A model generated the notes under the pieces. The model saw only the letters and a list, made by a program, of their open reading frames with translations, did no database searches and was not told the DNA's origin. 64,000 nucleotides of DNA from Carcharhinus longimanus (taxonomy: Eukaryota): positions 11,273,764 through 11,337,763 of the forward strand of contig JASCQW010000109.1 of assembly GCA_030264375.1 (NCBI GenBank), given 5' to 3'. Of this stretch, positions 60,975 through 64,000 are shown in pieces. The stretch's first letter is position 1; each line of letters starts with the position of its first letter. The position numbers were made by a program, and so were the translations under genes.

Positions 60975-61110
60975 ACTACGAGGCCTAGATTGAATGCCTC
61001 ATCCACAGGTTGGCGCTTCTAACACTACAGCACTCCCTTATTACTGCACATGATTGTCCGCCTTGGCTCGTGTGCTCAAGTCTCAGGAGTGGGACTTTGA
61101 ACCCACAACC
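60975..61110 (-). mobile_element. Deu-SINE head, cut by the adjacent HE1-type insertion
   Basis: cagcactcccttattactgcac...gtgtgctcaagtctcaggagtgggactttgaacccacaacc. Confidence 0.7.
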
Positions 61111-61111
61111 C

Positions 61112-61400
61112 GGTGGCATGGTGGCACAGCACTGCTGCCTCACAGTGCCAGGGACCAGGGTTCGATCCCCAGCTTGGGTCACTGCCTGTGCAGAATGTGC
61201 ATGTTCTCCCCGTGTCTGCATGGGTTTCCTCCGGATGCTCCATTTTCCTCCCACAGTCCAAAAGCCATGCTGGTTAGATGCTTTGGCCGTGCTAAATTCT
61301 CTCTTAGTGTAGCGGAACAGGTGCTGGAGGGTGGCGATTTTTCTCAGTAACTTCATTGCAGTGTTAATGTAGGCCTGCTTGCGACAATAATAAATAAATG
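61112..61400 (+). mobile_element. HE1-related V-SINE with alternative tail B
   Basis: Same head and V-domain as 30563, but ends ctcagtaacttcattgcagtgttaatgtaggcctgcttgcgacaataataaataaa. Confidence 0.85.
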
Positions 61401-61489
61401 TTAATCTTTAACCTCATCAGGTCTCCTGGAATAAGGGCCTTGATTCTGAGCTGTGCTCCCCAGATTCAGGTTGTGGGGACTTAGCTACC

Positions 61490-61682
61490 TAAGAAGTGCA
61501 GGTTAGGTGGATTGGCCATACGAAATTGCCCCTTAGTGTCCCAAGATGTGTAGGTTAGATGGTTCAGCCATGGGAAATGTGTGGGGTACAGGGATAGGGC
61601 AGGGGAACAGGGAGGGTAAGATGCTCTGACAGATAGTCAGTGCAGACATGATGGGCCAAATGGCCTTTCCTGCACTATGATC
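61490..61682 (+). mobile_element. 5'-truncated HE1-type SINE (tail A)
   Basis: gtgcaggttaggtggattggcc...ttgccccttagtgtccc...gatgggccaaatggcctttcctgcactatg. Confidence 0.85.
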
Positions 61683-62141
61683 TTTGAACTTGGAGGTGAG
61701 AGTGCACCAGGTCTCAGCATAGATTGGAATAATTTAAGATTTGATCATAAAAAGGAATATTCTGAGAGGTATACAAGATGGAAAAATCAACCCTCTGAGA
61801 GGCTGACCTTCCAGAGGTGGTCATTTGCCTGCACTGGCCATGAATAAATGGAATCCTTTTGGACATTGTCAAATAAAATTGAGCACAGATGTAAGAAAAC
61901 TCCATTTTTTTTTAAACACTACTTTGCTCTTAAATATTTCAATGAGGGCTTGTATAGCTTAATAGGATCCCGCAGGTTTTGCTGTGCAGTAATAATATTA
62001 CACATTAAAGGACATCTGGATTTTTGTTGCTGCTTTATGTTCTTATGTTTTCTGCTCATTTGAGGCAATTTTTCAACAGCTGAATGGCCATAACTACTTC
62101 ACAAAGATTAAAAAAATTATAGTTACATTTTACATATGTTG

Positions 62142-62545
62142 AGTGGCACAGTGGTGGGCACTGCTGCCTCACAGCCCCTTGGGTCAATGTCTACGTGGAG
62201 CCTGCATGTTCTTCCCATGTCCGCGTGGGTTTCCTCCAGATGCTCCAGTTTCCTCCCACTGTCCAAAAGCCATGCTGGTTAGGTGCATTGGCCGTGCTAA
62301 GTTCTCTCTTAGTGTAGCAGAACAAGTGCTGGCGACTAGGGGATTTTTCTCAGTAACTTCATTGAAGTGTTAATGTAAGCCTGGTTTACTCCCACAGTCT
62401 GAAAGACGTGCTGGTTAGATGCATTGGCCACGCTAAGTTCTCCCTCGGTGTACCCGAACAGGCACCGGTGACTCGGGGATTTTCACAGTAACTTCATTGC
62501 AGTGTTAGTGTAAGCCTACTTGTGACGCTAATCGATAAACTTTAA
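62142..62545 (+). mobile_element. Two tandem tail-B V-SINE copies (one near full, one 5'-truncated)
   Basis: gtggcacagtgg...cagtaacttcattgaagtgttaatgtaagcct, then ctcccacagtctgaaagacgtgctggttag...cagtaacttcattgcagtgttagtgtaagcctacttgtgac. Confidence 0.85.
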
Positions 62546-63189
62546 CTTACTTCGGTAGCTGGATCCCTAAAATCTGCTTGCAAGAACTCTTTCTACCTAC
62601 ACCACTGATACACATGGTAACAGTTCACCCCCCCCATTCTCAGCACCCTCCACAGCAGCTCAGTGACCTCCTGGACTTTAGCACCAGGGAAGGGATGTAA
62701 CATTCTGGGTTCACGCCTGCAACCGACAAGGCACTTGTTATTTTCCCTGTTGAACGGACACACAGTCCACACCATCGGGTCAAAGTTTATTGGGTTTGAA
62801 TGAAAGCTGGTGTCTTTTAGATGTAGTAACGGTGCTGGAGAAACACAAAAGCACCCTGATACTTGGTAGTTTGAGGTTCAGTAGATGCACCCTTCTGTGC
62901 GGATATGAATGCTTCTCAACAGACAGGCGAGAATATAAAAGGTGATAAATAAGCCAATTAAAACAAAAGTATATTTCAGCGGTAATTTTTAACCTAATTC
63001 GCAAGGCAGGTATCCCATGGGATTGTGTCCGACTTTGGTTCTATACCCACCCCATATTAATTTCAGCACAAAATATAATTGGCCTAGATGTGAAGTTAAT
63101 GTTGCATCCGATCATGTTGGTTAACAGTGGATAGGTTCAACTAGAATTATCGTGTGTCCAAGCAGTCTAAATACTGCCATAGAAGGCAA

Positions 63190-63290
63190 GGGGAGATAAT
63201 GGCCTAGATGTATTATCACTGGACTATTAATCCAGAAACTCAGCTAATGCACTGGGGACCCGAGTTTGAATCCTGCCATGGCAGACGGTT
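63190..63290 (+). mobile_element. Family-2 SINE head
   Basis: tcactggactattaatccagaaactcagctaatgcactggggacccgagtttgaatcctgccatggcag. Confidence 0.75.
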
Positions 63291-63295
63291 GCATT

Positions 63296-63470
63296 TCATA
63301 GAATATAGAATCCCTACAGTGCAGAAGGAGGCCATTCAGCCCTTCAAAATTTCACCGACCACAATCCCACCCGATCCCCATAACTCCATGTATTTACCCT
63401 GCTAGTCCCCCTGACACTAAGGGGCAATTATCATGGCCAATCAACCTAACCCGCACATCTTTGGAATGTG
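63296..63470 (-). mobile_element. HE1-type SINE 3' half (tail A)
   Basis: catagaatatagaatccctacagtgcagaaggaggcc...ggccaatcaacctaacccgcacatctttgg. Confidence 0.9.
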
Positions 63471-63704
63471 GTGAACACAAACAGGTCTCAATCGAGAAAT
63501 GCAATAATGGACCCGCTCAGGGGCCTGCTTTATAACGGGCTCAATATTCGAGCTCCATCTGGTGAGTTAATTACCTATCCCCAGTGAGCTCGTATTCAAC
63601 GAGTCCTACAAGGAAGCCAATCACTGATTCCCTATGCAAGTCCTGGGGGTTATCACAGAGGGAGTTCCAGGATTTTGATCCGGTGACAGTGAGGGAATGG
63701 GTGA

Positions 63705-63968
63705 CATGTTTCCATTGGTCAGAGAGACTGGGATCCGAGGGCACAGCCTCAGAGTAAAGGGACGACCCTTTAGAACCGAGATGAGGAGAAATTTCTTCAG
63801 CCAGAGGGCGATAAATCTGTGGAATTCATTGCCACAGAAGCTAGGTCATTGAGTATATTTTAGCCAGAGGTGGATATGTCTTGATGGATAAGGGGATCAA
63901 AGGTTCTGGGGAAGAAGTGGGAGAATGAGAAACTTGTTAGCTATGATTGGATGGCGGAGCAGATTCAT
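63705..63968 (+). mobile_element. CR1 (HER1-like) LINE 3' fragment
   Basis: gagggcacagcctcagagtaaagggacgaccctttagaaccgagatgaggagaaatttcttcagccagagg translates RGHSLRVKGRPFRTEMRRNFFSQR. Confidence 0.9.
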
Positions 63969-64000
63969 AACAACACGCCAAGATTTAATAAAAATAAGTG

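Larger units (their letters stand above)
28468..64000 (+). other. Intron 6 of the EBF gene (continues beyond the window)
   Basis: No sequence for the expected next exon ([27 protein letters not shown]) was seen; intron 6 is very large in vertebrate EBF genes. An exon hidden in an N gap cannot be excluded. Confidence 0.85.

Overview
Vertebrate genomic DNA from a gapped draft assembly; HE1/V-SINE-type repeats point to an elasmobranch (shark). The only protein-coding content I can support is the 5' part of a COE/EBF (Collier/Olf/EBF) transcription factor gene on the + strand, most similar to EBF1. It has six coding exons (9342-9475, 10165-10321, 10829-10892, 11538-11593, 16405-16478, 28399-28467; 554 nt, all GT-AG). 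They splice into [184 protein letters not shown](R). Intron 6 runs past the window end (>35 kb). The promoter and first exons lie in a CpG-retaining, transposon-poor domain. The rest is intron filled with SINEs, decayed LINEs, MITEs and simple repeats, interspersed with motif-dense unique blocks that look like developmental enhancers. I see no new coding system. The best leads are regulatory (dual-start architecture, POU4F, TALE and EBF motif blocks), a 51/102-bp higher-order repeat, and transposon relationships. Repeat family names come from recognition, not a search, and repeat boundaries are approximate.
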